A DNA stretch of 64,000 nt from Cenarchaeum sp. (lineage in GTDB: Archaea; Thermoproteota; Nitrososphaeria; Nitrososphaerales; Nitrosopumilaceae). The position numbers were made by a program, and so were the translations under genes. The notes under the pieces were generated by a model. The model did not search any database and was not told the DNA's origin. It saw only the letters and a program-made list of their open reading frames with translations. Location of the stretch: positions 128,001 through 192,000 of the forward strand of contig CBDESU010000001.1 in NCBI GenBank assembly GCA_965242695.1, in the 5' to 3' direction. Of the stretch, positions 44,820 through 54,516 are shown piece after piece (position 1 is the first letter of the stretch; every line of letters starts with the position of its first letter).

Positions 44820-47795
44820 TCATGCTGCGGGGCCGCGCCCGCGCTCCCGCTCCCTGGCTCCCGCGATCCCGCGTATGGACGGCTCGAGCGACATGGCCCT
44901 CCTCAGGGCGTCGAGGCGGACGGAGACGGCCCCGCCTTTGCTGGCGGTCACGATGCCGTGCTCGCCCCCGCCGCCCGAGGTGGAGATTCCAAGGGACTCG
45001 GCGACCGCCGTGTCGATCCGGTGCCGCACGGCATCGCCGTCCATGTCCGAGATCGGCAGGAGTGCCGCATCGGACATCCTGTCGAACGCCGCCGCGAGCC
45101 GCCTTGCGCATCCCTCCATGCCGTCCGCGGCAAAGTCGGGCACGTGCATGCGCGCCGCGCCGCTGCGCTTTGTCATGCCGCGGCCGAGCTGCTGCCTGCC
45201 GGCCACCATCCAGTACGACAGTATGCCGAGCGTCGAGTTGTGCCACATGACGAACGCCTTTCCGATGCGCGCATCGCCGATGAGCAGGGCCGGCCACGCC
45301 CGCCCGCCCGCCGTCTTGGCATCTGTGAACGACGCCAGGAGGGACTGGGAGTTGTAGTTGGGATCCAGGTTCACGTGCACGTGCGATGCCGTCGCCCACA
45401 TCTCCCTTACGCGCGCATCACTTGCGCCCTTTTTGACGTCCATCGCCTTGTCGGGCGCGAGCCTCATGGTCCTCTGCGCCTCGTGGTCGTTGTTCCACAG
45501 CGCGTGGTACTCGGGCAGCCTGCCGCCGCGGTCGATGTCGCGGATCGCAAACGGCCCCCTTTGCGCCTTTCCTATGAGCAGCTGCGAGTCCGGCCCGAAC
45601 TCGCACATGCGCCCGAGCTCCGTAAACGTGGCCCGCTCGTGCCCGCGCAGCGCGTGCGCGGCGCCCAGCAGCGCCGGCTCCAGCACGTTGACGAGGGGCC
45701 ACGCGTCCTCCGTATTCATTGTCGCGGCGTGGCCCATCTTCCGCCTGCCCGTCATCAGGGGGGTCGCGCCGTGCCCCTCCTCTATGGCCTTGATCTCCTC
45801 AAGGCGCCTTATGGACTCGCCCATGTGCGCCCCCTCGACGGGCGTGAGCGGGCGGTTGCGGAGGGTGACGAACACGGGCTTCGTGGGGCTGTCTCCCTCG
45901 CGCCTCTTTCTGGCAACCAGCATGACCTCGAGCAGTCCCGTGTCGGATGAAAAGGCGCCCTCGCGCCGGCCCATCTCCTCGTTTGCTATGCTCATGACGG
46001 TCGTGTCGTACTTGTCTCTGAGCAGCGCGCGCACCTTTGACCAGCTTTCCCCGCTCGCGATTGTGGCAAGAAGTATGAGGGCCATTGTCCCGCCCGGCTT
46101 GAGCTTCTTGTCGCAGACGGCCACAAAGTGCGACCCGAGGCCGGCGTGCCCGTGCGCGCACGTGCCGTTGAACTTTCTGCGCGCCAGCCTTCCCATCTCC
46201 TCCTGCTCCCCGTCGGACGCGTCGAACGCGGCAAACGGCGCCACGGCGTCCCACTTGCCGCCCTCGCCCTTCTTGCGCTTGCCGGCCTTTGTGAACGGGG
46301 GATTCATGACTATCAGGTCTAGCGAGGCGTCCGCTATGCCGTGGTGGGTGCGCCCCTTCTCGCCGCTTCCGGTGACCTGGCGGCTCGACTCGAACAGAGT
46401 AGAGTCCGAGTCGTCGATCAGGTCGAGCGAGCCGAGCCGGTACTCGGACTTGCCCGGCCCCCACCTGCCTATCGGCATGTGGTGGATGTTGGTGTCGCGG
46501 ATGATCACGTCGGGGTACACGCCGGCTAGCGACGAGACCGTCATGTGGGCCGCCAGCGGCAGGACGTCGAGCCCGCTGATGCAGTCCCTCATGAACTCCT
46601 CGTGGACGGCGCTGCCGCTCCCGCCGCCGGCCCCGTACCTGGCGATTATCTGCCTGTACGTGGTGGCAAGCAGCATGCCGGTGCCGCAGGCCAGGTCGGC
46701 CACGCGCAGCGAGAGGAGCGACCTCTTGTCCCTCCATGCGGGGTCGCCGGCGGGCGGCAGCACGATCGACGCCATCATCTCGGCCGACTCGGGCAGGGTG
46801 TAGTACGTCGCGAGCCTCTCGCGGTCGCTGATCATCCGCTGCAGGACCAGGCCGTACAGGTCGGACGAGTGGGAGAGGTTGTGGGACTTTATGAAGTCCG
46901 TGGCATCCACGAGCACGTCGATTATCTCTCGGGTCATTCTTATGTTGATCGGCTTGAGCAGCTCTAGGGCAATCTTGAATATGGGGTGGTAGTTGATGCC
47001 GAGCACCTTGCGCCATGCGGCCTTTAGGGTCTCGGTCGTAATGACCCCGCCGTCGTCGCGCAGCTGGTCGATTGACCTGAGGCGGGCGCCGTGGCGGGTT
47101 GACACGATCTCGTCGTAGAACACCATCGCGTTGCTCAGCATGAGGGCGGCCATCTGCCACGTCTGGGGAGAGGCCGGCTGGTTGAGCAATGATGCCAGCT
47201 CTTTCCTTTTGTGCTCGTCAAGGAGCGAGATCTTTTCCCCTATTGCCGTCGAGCTCTGGTGGAGCTTTGAGACGCACTTTTCGATGTTTGACGCGGGGAC
47301 GGAGACGGTCTGGAGGGTCAGCATGATGTCCGCGAGCGATCCCTCCAGCCAGCCGCCCTCGTCGGGGTACCGCAGCACGTCCCCTCCGCCCGAGTTGTGC
47401 GGCGAGGGGTGCCGCGCCCTGGCGGCGTGGCGGCCGTACCGGTCCAGCGAGAATACGGCGTACCGTATGTCGTTTGCGCGGCAAAGGTGCCTCCTCATGC
47501 CGTCCAGGCTCTTGTCCCTGACGTCCCTTGGAATGACGACGGACATGCACGCGCGCACGGCGTCCCCGTACTTTGTGCGGGTGCCGATCCTCTTGCAGGC
47601 GTCCTTTTCGACCCCGCGGCCTGGCGCGAACTCGGTCTCGATGATCACCGGCAGGCGGCCTGCCTCGTGCACCAGTATGTCTGGCCTGCCGCCCGATATT
47701 ATCCCCGTCTCCTCCACATGGACGGCGCGGCGCCTGCCTTTCCTGTCCAGGGCCCGCCCGATGACGACGTTGAGCGTATTCTCGTGCTGCCCCAT
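44820..47795 (-). CDS. Type IIG-like restriction-modification protein, copy B
   Basis: Same motifs as copy A (PD..ETE, DLACGTG, NPPF); intact 991-aa ORF. Confidence 0.85.
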   Translation of the reverse strand: MGQHENTLNVVIGRALDRKGRRRAVHVEETGIISGGRPDILVHEAGRLPVIIETEFAPGRGVEKDACKRIGTRTKYGDAVRACMSVVIPRDVRDKSLDGMRRHLCRANDIRYAVFSLDRYGRHAARARHPSPHNSGGGDVLRYPDEGGWLEGSLADIMLTLQTVSVPASNIEKCVSKLHQSSTAIGEKISLLDEHKRKELASLLNQPASPQTWQMAALMLSNAMVFYDEIVSTRHGARLRSIDQLRDDGGVITTETLKAAWRKVLGINYHPIFKIALELLKPINIRMTREIIDVLVDATDFIKSHNLSHSSDLYGLVLQRMISDRERLATYYTLPESAEMMASIVLPPAGDPAWRDKRSLLSLRVADLACGTGMLLATTYRQIIARYGAGGGSGSAVHEEFMRDCISGLDVLPLAAHMTVSSLAGVYPDVIIRDTNIHHMPIGRWGPGKSEYRLGSLDLIDDSDSTLFESSRQVTGSGEKGRTHHGIADASLDLIVMNPPFTKAGKRKKGEGGKWDAVAPFAAFDASDGEQEEMGRLARRKFNGTCAHGHAGLGSHFVAVCDKKLKPGGTMALILLATIASGESWSKVRALLRDKYDTTVMSIANEEMGRREGAFSSDTGLLEVMLVARKRREGDSPTKPVFVTLRNRPLTPVEGAHMGESIRRLEEIKAIEEGHGATPLMTGRRKMGHAATMNTEDAWPLVNVLEPALLGAAHALRGHERATFTELGRMCEFGPDSQLLIGKAQRGPFAIRDIDRGGRLPEYHALWNNDHEAQRTMRLAPDKAMDVKKGASDARVREMWATASHVHVNLDPNYNSQSLLASFTDAKTAGGRAWPALLIGDARIGKAFVMWHNSTLGILSYWMVAGRQQLGRGMTKRSGAARMHVPDFAADGMEGCARRLAAAFDRMSDAALLPISDMDGDAVRHRIDTAVAESLGISTSGGGGEHGIVTASKGGAVSVRLDALRRAMSLEPSIRGIAGARERERGRGPAA

Positions 47796-48359
47796 GCCGG
47801 CCGCACCTCAGCGTGGACTCCCCGCCTGTAGGGGTTGCAGAATGTGCAAGCCGCGCGCCTTGCAGGCCGGCGCGATCGCAGCGGGAGCGGCGGAGCCGTC
47901 ACGTGACGCTGGGCCGGCATCCCGCGCGATCCCTGCGGCGTTGCCTAGCACCATGCAGGGTTGGGCCGCCTGCCGCGCTATATAACCATGCACAGCGGGT
48001 CTTCGGCGCGGGGGCTAGGATCTGATGCCTCTTCCGGATCCTGGGGCCTTTCCCCGACCACTAGGAGGCTCGCCGCGATGCTGAATGCGGCGCGGCCACC
48101 GCCCTTGTTCCAAGCCTGCCGAGGGCGCAACTGGTCCGCGAGTCCGAACGCCTGCCTGCCGGCGGCGCTTTGCCTCTGTCGAGGGGGAATCGCTCGCACA
48201 GGTCGACGGCCGTTCCTTGTCAGGGTTGCGATGCGCCCCCCTCCCCCCGCCTTTCCTCCCTGCGGCGCGCACGCGGCCGGATGCGCAGGGGTGGCGCAGG
48301 CCCCGCCACTTCAGGCCCCTCGGGCAACGCTCAAATCGGCCCCTCCGCGCCCGGCCGCC

Positions 48360-48643
48360 GTGCGAGCCAGAGGACGACTGCTGCCACGGCAGAGGAAACT
48401 CCTCCCTCCACGCAGGATGTGCGGCCCGGAGATGGGCTGCCAGAGATGGCAGGCTCCGGCACAGAAAAGGCATCCGACCCGGCGCACGGTGATGGCGCAA
48501 CGCCTGAGGTTTCCGGCAAGGAATGAAACTGCCGCCCCGCACGGAGCAAGGCCAAAGTGGGCTATGGGATCCTGCGCCCCGTCCGGGTAGGCCGCAAAGC
48601 GCAATGTCGTCGGAACAGAAGGAGGGTTACTCCTGGCACGCAC
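48360..48643 (+). ncRNA. rnpB: RNase P RNA (archaeal)
   Basis: GAGGAAACTCCTCC (~48392), CACAGAAA, TGAAAC, GGAGCAAG and AACAGAAGGAGGGTTA (P4 partner) occur in canonical order. The ends GTGCG(A)GCCAG and CTGGC(A)CGCAC pair as P1. Confidence 0.9.
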
Positions 48644-48866
48644 ACAAACACGCTGCGCCCTTTTGGCCGCCCGCCAGGGCCCTGGCGCCCTGCTTGAGCT
48701 GCTACTGGACTCGCCCGACGCCAGCGGCGGCGGCGGACTGCGGGCTGAAGGCATCTCCCGTTCATGGCTGGGACCGTCCGCGCCGGCGGCCGAGCCGCCG
48801 TTGAGGCAGTTGGGCAGCGCTTGGGCGCGATGCCGGCTCTGCACCTTCGCCGGCCAGGCTTCCGCG

Positions 48867-50321
48867 CTAGCGCATCTCCGAGACTGCCTGGACGCACGTC
48901 TGCCCCTGGCACGCGCACGACGCATCGCAGAGGCAGTGCAGCTGCATCTCGCAGTCGCACTCGCTGCCGGCATCGGCCGATGCGGCGCAGCCGCACGACG
49001 CCTCGTCGGCCGCGGCGGGGGGAGGAGGGGGGGCAGACTGCTGCGCATCCTGCTGGTAGTCGCCTCCGCTGTACTGCGGCGCCTGCTGCGCCTGCGCCGC
49101 GGAAGGGTCGGACTCGTCGTAGACGCTCCTCGTCTGGCGGTAGTCGGTAGAGTCGCTCAGCTGCGCCTCGGCCCTGTTCGTCTGGTATCCTCCCGAGCTG
49201 GCGCTCGTCTGGTACGCGGTGAGCCTAGACGGGTCGATTCCGGTCTGCTCGCTGCTCTCGCCCTTTAGCTTGCGGTTGCTGAACACAAGGAATGCCCCGC
49301 CGCCGACCGCCGCCAGGCCGGCCATCCCGTAGATTATGGCGACCGGAAAGTCGCCCGTAGACGTCGTCGCGTACCCCTCTGGCGCCGACGGCGTGACGCC
49401 GAGTATCTCGAGCGGGCCGAGGCTGTCCCTGTTTGCAAAGCCGACGACCGACAGCGTCCCAGAGTCTGCCGACTGGACGGCCCTGACGTTGTAGTTGCGG
49501 TCGGCCTCGAACGACGCGTCGAGATCCTCCTCGACCTGCCTACCCTCGCGGAAGCTGCTCTCGCCCATCGTGAACCTGGATACGACGAACCCGCTGATCT
49601 CCTCGCTGATCCCGAACTGCGCCGCATCGACGTTGATGCCGGTCGGGTCGAACAGAAAGTGCCAGTTGTTGTGCGGCTGGTCGCGTATGCCGTCGGCGTC
49701 GATGAGCGGCCTCATCAAGAGCTCCTCGGCCTCTGTCCCGACCATGTAAGAGTGCACCTCGCGCTCGTTCTTGTCGAGCACCGACATGGGGAGGTTGATC
49801 TCGACGCCGTCGATCTCTACGGGGCCCTCTGCCGTCATGCCCCTCCAGCCGATATCGACGAGCCTCTGGCCGGACACGCCGCCCTCTGCGGCGATGTTGT
49901 ACCCCGAGAGGGTGCCGTCAATGTGCACCCTGTAGTCGATGGCGGCAATGATGGACCTGCCGGTCAGGGCGGCGGTGTACTCTACGGACATCTCCTCTAT
50001 GCGCGCGCCGCTGCCGTCGGCGGCGATCTTTTCGTTGAGGCTGTCGCGGAGGGCCACGACATCGGGGTGCGGCGTAGACTCGGCAAGGACGTCCTTCCAG
50101 GCCTCGCCCCTGAGGATGTCGGCTATCGCGCCGCCCTCCTCGTACTCTATGAACACCGTCCTCTGGTACGTCATGCTGAACGGCGAGGTCTCGTCGCTCG
50201 GGTTGATGAACGCGTCAAGCTGCGCCGCCTGCGCCTCCTGCGAGGCGCCTCCTGCGGCCGCCAAGGCGGCGACGGCAGCTGCCAGCGCAGCCATGCCCGC
50301 AAGTGCCGCGGCCCGCGCCAT
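48867..50321 (-). CDS. Single-pass membrane protein with a signal peptide, extracellular domain and a Cys-rich cytoplasmic tail
   Basis: Signal peptide; TM IIYGMAGLAAVGGGAFLVF followed by NRK; tail with nine Cys. Confidence 0.8.
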   Translation of the reverse strand: MARAAALAGMAALAAAVAALAAAGGASQEAQAAQLDAFINPSDETSPFSMTYQRTVFIEYEEGGAIADILRGEAWKDVLAESTPHPDVVALRDSLNEKIAADGSGARIEEMSVEYTAALTGRSIIAAIDYRVHIDGTLSGYNIAAEGGVSGQRLVDIGWRGMTAEGPVEIDGVEINLPMSVLDKNEREVHSYMVGTEAEELLMRPLIDADGIRDQPHNNWHFLFDPTGINVDAAQFGISEEISGFVVSRFTMGESSFREGRQVEEDLDASFEADRNYNVRAVQSADSGTLSVVGFANRDSLGPLEILGVTPSAPEGYATTSTGDFPVAIIYGMAGLAAVGGGAFLVFSNRKLKGESSEQTGIDPSRLTAYQTSASSGGYQTNRAEAQLSDSTDYRQTRSVYDESDPSAAQAQQAPQYSGGDYQQDAQQSAPPPPPAAADEASCGCAASADAGSECDCEMQLHCLCDASCACQGQTCVQAVSEMR

Positions 50322-50416
50322 GCCGGCGCCCCGCTAGCGGCGGTAATAAAGGTAGCCGCCCGCGCGGGGGCGCGGAAGGGTAATAAGCGCCCCGGCCCGC
50401 CGCACAGTCCTAGCGT

Positions 50417-51337
50417 ATGATTACGATACTTGCCGGCGGCACGGGGTCGGTAAAGATGGTGCGCGGCATGGCCTCGCAGCGCGGCGACATCACCGTCGTG
50501 AGCAACGTAGGCGACAACTACTGGCTGTACGGCATGTACGTGTGCCCCGACATCGACACCGTCATCTACGGGCTTGCCGACCTGCTCGACTACGACCGCG
50601 GCTGGGGCATCAAGAAGGACACGTTCAACTTTCTGCGGCAGATGGAGGTCTTTGGGGAGGAGACGTGGTTCCGCATAGGCGATCGCGACACGGCCACGCA
50701 TCTGGTGCGCACCAACATGCTCAAGGAGGGCAAGAACCTGTCGGACATTACGAAGTGGATGTGCAAGAAGTTCGCCGTCGGGGCGCGCGTCGTGCCGGCC
50801 ACCGACAGCATCGTCGAGACGCGCATAAGCACGGCCAAGGGCGAGATGCACCTGCAGGAGTACTGGGTGCGGTACCGCGGCCGCGACAGGGTCACGGGCA
50901 TACGGTACGTCGGGGCCGAGAAGGCCCGCCCCAACCCAGAGGCCATCAACGCCATACACGACTCGGACCTGGTCGTGATCGCGCCGGGAAACCCGCTCAC
51001 GAGCATCGGCCCGATGCTGCACATGAAGGGGCTCGCCAAGGAGCTCTCGCGCGCCAAGAAAAAGGTCGTCGCCGTCAGCCCGATAATCGGCTCCGAGGCC
51101 GTCAGCGGGCCGGCGGCAAAGTACATGGAGGCGGCCGGCATGGAGCCGAGCGCCGCCGGCGTGGCGAGCATGTACGGCGACATATGCTCGAACATGGTGA
51201 TAGACACGAGGGACCGCCGGCTGTCCGGGCGCATAGGCGAGATGGGCATGAGCGTGTACGATGCCAAGATACACATGAAGACAAAGGCGTCCGAGTCGGC
51301 CCTCGCATCGTTCATACTCAAGCAGGTGCGCGTGTAG
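50417..51337 (+). CDS. cofD: 2-phospho-L-lactate transferase (F420 biosynthesis)
   Basis: LAGGTGSVK, NVGD, CPDIDTVIY, WFRIGDRD, HLQEYWV, PGNPLTSIGP, VSPIIG..VSGPAAK. Confidence 0.95.
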   Translation: MITILAGGTGSVKMVRGMASQRGDITVVSNVGDNYWLYGMYVCPDIDTVIYGLADLLDYDRGWGIKKDTFNFLRQMEVFGEETWFRIGDRDTATHLVRTNMLKEGKNLSDITKWMCKKFAVGARVVPATDSIVETRISTAKGEMHLQEYWVRYRGRDRVTGIRYVGAEKARPNPEAINAIHDSDLVVIAPGNPLTSIGPMLHMKGLAKELSRAKKKVVAVSPIIGSEAVSGPAAKYMEAAGMEPSAAGVASMYGDICSNMVIDTRDRRLSGRIGEMGMSVYDAKIHMKTKASESALASFILKQVRV

Positions 51338-51344
51338 GATACAC

Positions 51345-51998
51345 ATGAACCTGGCAGCCGTCGTGCCGGTAAAGTCGTACTCGCGGGCAAAGACGCGCCT
51401 TGCCGTCCCGCCGGATGCGCGCGCCCGGCTGTGCCGCGCAATGCTCGACGAGGTGCTCGGGACGGTGTGCTCGGCCCCCGCAGTCTCGGGCGTGTACGTG
51501 GTGTCGGCCGACGGCGAGGCGCTCGAGGCGGCCGCCAGGTTCGGCGCGGCGCCGGTCCGCGACGCGGCCGAGGCCGGAGTCAACGCGGCCGTCTCGGCGG
51601 CCGACGCGGCGATCGAGCGCGATGGGGGATGCGATGCGACCGTCGTGCTGCCGCAGGACGTGCCTTTCATCCGTGGGGAGGACATTGACTTTGTGGTGCG
51701 ACACTGCGCGGGCCCGTCGTGCGCGGTCGTCGCCCCGTCGCGCCGGTTTGACGGGACGAACGCGCTGCTGCGCATGCCGCCGCGCGTCATGGGCACGCAC
51801 TACGACGAGGACAGCTATACGCTGCACATCGAGGAGGCGCGCCGCTCGGCGGCGCACGCAAGGCTCGTCTATGTCGGGCGGATCGCAATGGACATCGACG
51901 ACATGGCCGACCTGGAGTACTGCCTCGCTAGCGGCCTAAAGCCGGGCCTGTGCGAGGCCATGCGGGCTGCGGTGCGGCCGCGGGGCGGCGAAGGCTAG
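51345..51998 (+). CDS. cofC: 2-phospho-L-lactate guanylyltransferase
   Basis: VVPVK...AKTRL, PQDVP, GTNALL, DIDDMADL; adjacent to cofD. Confidence 0.92.
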   Translation: MNLAAVVPVKSYSRAKTRLAVPPDARARLCRAMLDEVLGTVCSAPAVSGVYVVSADGEALEAAARFGAAPVRDAAEAGVNAAVSAADAAIERDGGCDATVVLPQDVPFIRGEDIDFVVRHCAGPSCAVVAPSRRFDGTNALLRMPPRVMGTHYDEDSYTLHIEEARRSAAHARLVYVGRIAMDIDDMADLEYCLASGLKPGLCEAMRAAVRPRGGEG

Positions 51999-52369
51999 GG
52001 CCTGCCGGCCTCGAGCGACTTGATGGCCGATGCGATCGAGGCCACCTCGTCGAGCAGGGAGTGGCGCTCCTGGCCGCGGCTTGACGGCACGGATGCGGCC
52101 GCCTCGGCGAGCCTCTTCTCAAGGGCGGCCACCGCGGGGCCGGCGCCGGCGCCGGGCGCCGCTGCGCCCGCCTGCGCGGCAGGCGCCGCCGGCGTGGCGG
52201 CAAGGCGGCCCTCGTCCGGCTCGCTGCCGCACCCGACGCACAGCGCCTCGCCTCCGCGCATGACCCTCACGCCGCCGCAGTACGGGCACGGCTCGGCCTT
52301 GAGGGTCGCGCCCTCGCGGAGCATGCGCGCGGCCCTCTTTACGATATCGTCGTCCGCCACGGGGCGCAC
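51995..52369 (-). CDS. Zn-ribbon protein, Sjogren's syndrome/scleroderma autoantigen p27 family
   Basis: AARMLREGATLKAEPCPYCGG..LCVGC plus a C-terminal helical segment. Confidence 0.85.
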   Translation of the reverse strand: MRPVADDDIVKRAARMLREGATLKAEPCPYCGGVRVMRGGEALCVGCGSEPDEGRLAATPAAPAAQAGAAAPGAGAGPAVAALEKRLAEAAASVPSSRGQERHSLLDEVASIASAIKSLEAGRP

Positions 52370-52759
52370 GGGTGCAGCGCCGATAAAAGCCTAGCACTGG
52401 CGCCCTGCATGCGGCGGTGACCCGGTCGCCGTGCAGGCCATGGCGCGGGCGGGATGCGCATGGGCGCCCGTGCCGCCGGCCGCCCTGCCGCCGCTGCCGT
52501 GTACTGTCGGGATGCGCTTCCGGCGGCGCTAGCGCGCCGGCGCGGTCTGCCGCATGCGCCGCCCTGGAGTCCGCTGCCTACAGTTGGGATGTGTCTGACG
52601 GCACTGCGACATTCCCTGTTACGTCATCCGGCCGTCGATCGTACGAAGTTCAGGGCGCATCCCAGGCCGCATGCGGGGCGCCCCAGCCCCGCCTCTGTCG
52701 CATATCGACGAGTACTCTGCACCGCTCGCGATGCGCGCCACGGCGCCATCCGGCCGCCC

Positions 52760-52998
52760 CGCCCTCCCCGAGGTTGACAAAGTTGACAGATTTTGTCAAC
52801 TCTGTCAACTCCGGCGGTTCCTGCTACTCCGTGGCTCCGGCAGCCCCCGCCCTCCCCGAGGTTGACAAAGTTGACAGATTTTGTCAACTCTGTCAACTCG
52901 GGCGGTTCCGGCCACTCCGGGGCTCCGGCCCTCTGCCGCCCTCCCCGAGGTTGACAAAGTTGACAGATTTTGTCAACTCTGTCAACTCGGGCGGTTCC
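52760..52998. repeat. Three tandem 88-89 bp units, each with an identical 37-bp imperfect palindrome GTTGACAAAGTTGACAGATTTTGTCAACTCTGTCAAC
   Basis: Cores at 52773-52809, 52861-52897 and 52950-52986. Confidence 0.95.
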
Positions 52999-53126
52999 GG
53001 ACGCCCCTCTTCTCCCCTCCCCCGTCCGTTGACCATGTGATCCTGTCTCGTTCCCTGTCTAGGTGCCGCTGGGCCTGTTGGCGTGGACACGTAACCGTTA
53101 AATCCCTGCCTGTGAGCGCCCTTGGT

Positions 53127-54326
53127 GTGAACAAGTCGGGCAACCCTTTCAACCCCGGTGGCGGTGCGATGCCGCCGTACCTGGCAGGCCGCCATTCAGA
53201 GATCGCTGCGTTCGAAGACATGATACAGCGCATATATGACGGCCAGGCAGGGAACATACTTGTCCATGGGCTGCGGGGGGTGGGCAAGACCGTACTGATG
53301 CACAGGTTCCACAAGATGTGCGTTGAGCACGGCCTTGTCCCGATCAGCAGGGGCCAGTTCAGCAAAAAGCACTCTGATCCGCCAGAGTTTGCTCGGGCGC
53401 TCAAGCACGGCGTCAGGACGGGAATCGAGACATTCTCGAGGCTGGAGAAGGCAAAGAAAAAATTCACGGCCACGGTGAAATACATGCGTCCAAAAGCCAC
53501 GGGAGCCACAAACTTGACGTACTGCGAGCCGCTATACGACCCTGATGGCCAGGCGCCGTACGAGGACCACCTGAAAAACTATCTGGTCGAAAACTGGGAA
53601 ATAATAGAAAAATCGGAGTACAGGGGCGCGGTCCTGCTTTTTGACGAATTCCACACAGTTCGGGACGTGCCGAAGCGGTCGTGGTACACCTTGTCGGACT
53701 TCATAGGCGTCCTTGCCGACGTACAACAGCAGGGTTGCGGGTATTTTTCCGTGCTCTCGGGCCTCCCGACACTCCGATCCTGCGTCCGCGAGGCGCGTTC
53801 GTACTCGGAGCGCATGTTCAGATCGATCGAGGTCACTAGCCTTGGCTCGGACGATGCAAGCAAAGCCATATCGGAGCCGCTGCGCGAGTCAAAGTACTCC
53901 TTTTCGCCGGACTTGATAGACCAGGTCGCGGCAGACGCCGAGGGCTATCCGTACTTTCTACAGTTCATTGGCCGCGAGATCATCAACAATGCGACTAGGA
54001 TGCGCATCGCGCCGGGCGACTATCTCCGCATACGGGGCATGATAACGGCACGACTTGACAGTGGTTTTTACGATCAGCGCATGGATGTACTGAGCTGCGA
54101 CCAGAAGCGGGTCCTGGCAGCCATGTCGAAGATCGAGGGCGATGACGCGGCGGTGTCCAAAATAGTCGCAATGGCCGGCATGGGAAAGGCTAGTCTGGTC
54201 CGGCACCTTGTCCGCCTGGAAGAAGAGGGCATGGTCCACAGGCACAGCCACGGGACGTACCGGTTCTCGCTCCCGATGTTTCGCGAGTACCTGAGCCGCC
54301 GCGCCGGGGGCGCCGACCCCGCCTAG
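53127..54326 (+). CDS. AAA_16-type ATPase with a C-terminal winged-helix domain
   Basis: NPFNPGGGAMPPYLAGR, Walker A GLRGVGKT, Walker B LLFDEFH, SYSERMF, GYPYFLQ, C-terminal HTH (LVRLEEEGMV..GTYRF). Visibly less GC-rich than its neighbours. Start chosen ~24 nt after GTTAAAT. Confidence 0.8.
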   Translation: MNKSGNPFNPGGGAMPPYLAGRHSEIAAFEDMIQRIYDGQAGNILVHGLRGVGKTVLMHRFHKMCVEHGLVPISRGQFSKKHSDPPEFARALKHGVRTGIETFSRLEKAKKKFTATVKYMRPKATGATNLTYCEPLYDPDGQAPYEDHLKNYLVENWEIIEKSEYRGAVLLFDEFHTVRDVPKRSWYTLSDFIGVLADVQQQGCGYFSVLSGLPTLRSCVREARSYSERMFRSIEVTSLGSDDASKAISEPLRESKYSFSPDLIDQVAADAEGYPYFLQFIGREIINNATRMRIAPGDYLRIRGMITARLDSGFYDQRMDVLSCDQKRVLAAMSKIEGDDAAVSKIVAMAGMGKASLVRHLVRLEEEGMVHRHSHGTYRFSLPMFREYLSRRAGGADPA

Positions 54327-54516
54327 CGGCGGCCTTGATGCGACGCCGAAATACACGATCGCCGCACGCGATCGCAGGCTGTGGCAAACGCCCGCCCGCC
54401 CCGCAGGCCGCCGCCGGATGCCTGCCTTCCGCCGCCGCCTGCGTCATTACAGAACTGTATAACATGGCCATGTATCCAATACACCCCTTATTAGTACGAA
54501 ATCGGGGCGCCGCCTC

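Noticed and set aside
47961-48804. ORFs overlapping 48.0-48.8 kb
   Set aside because: The region is explained by RNase P RNA, and the ORFs have no recognisable motifs.
52760-52998. CRISPR array
   Set aside because: The intervening sequences are homologous to each other rather than unique spacers, and there are no cas genes. It is a tandem repeat.
52881-53126. N-terminal extension of the ATPase and EVDKVDRFCQLCQL ORFs
   Set aside because: These are translations of the palindromic DNA repeat; family-like sequence begins at NPFNPG.
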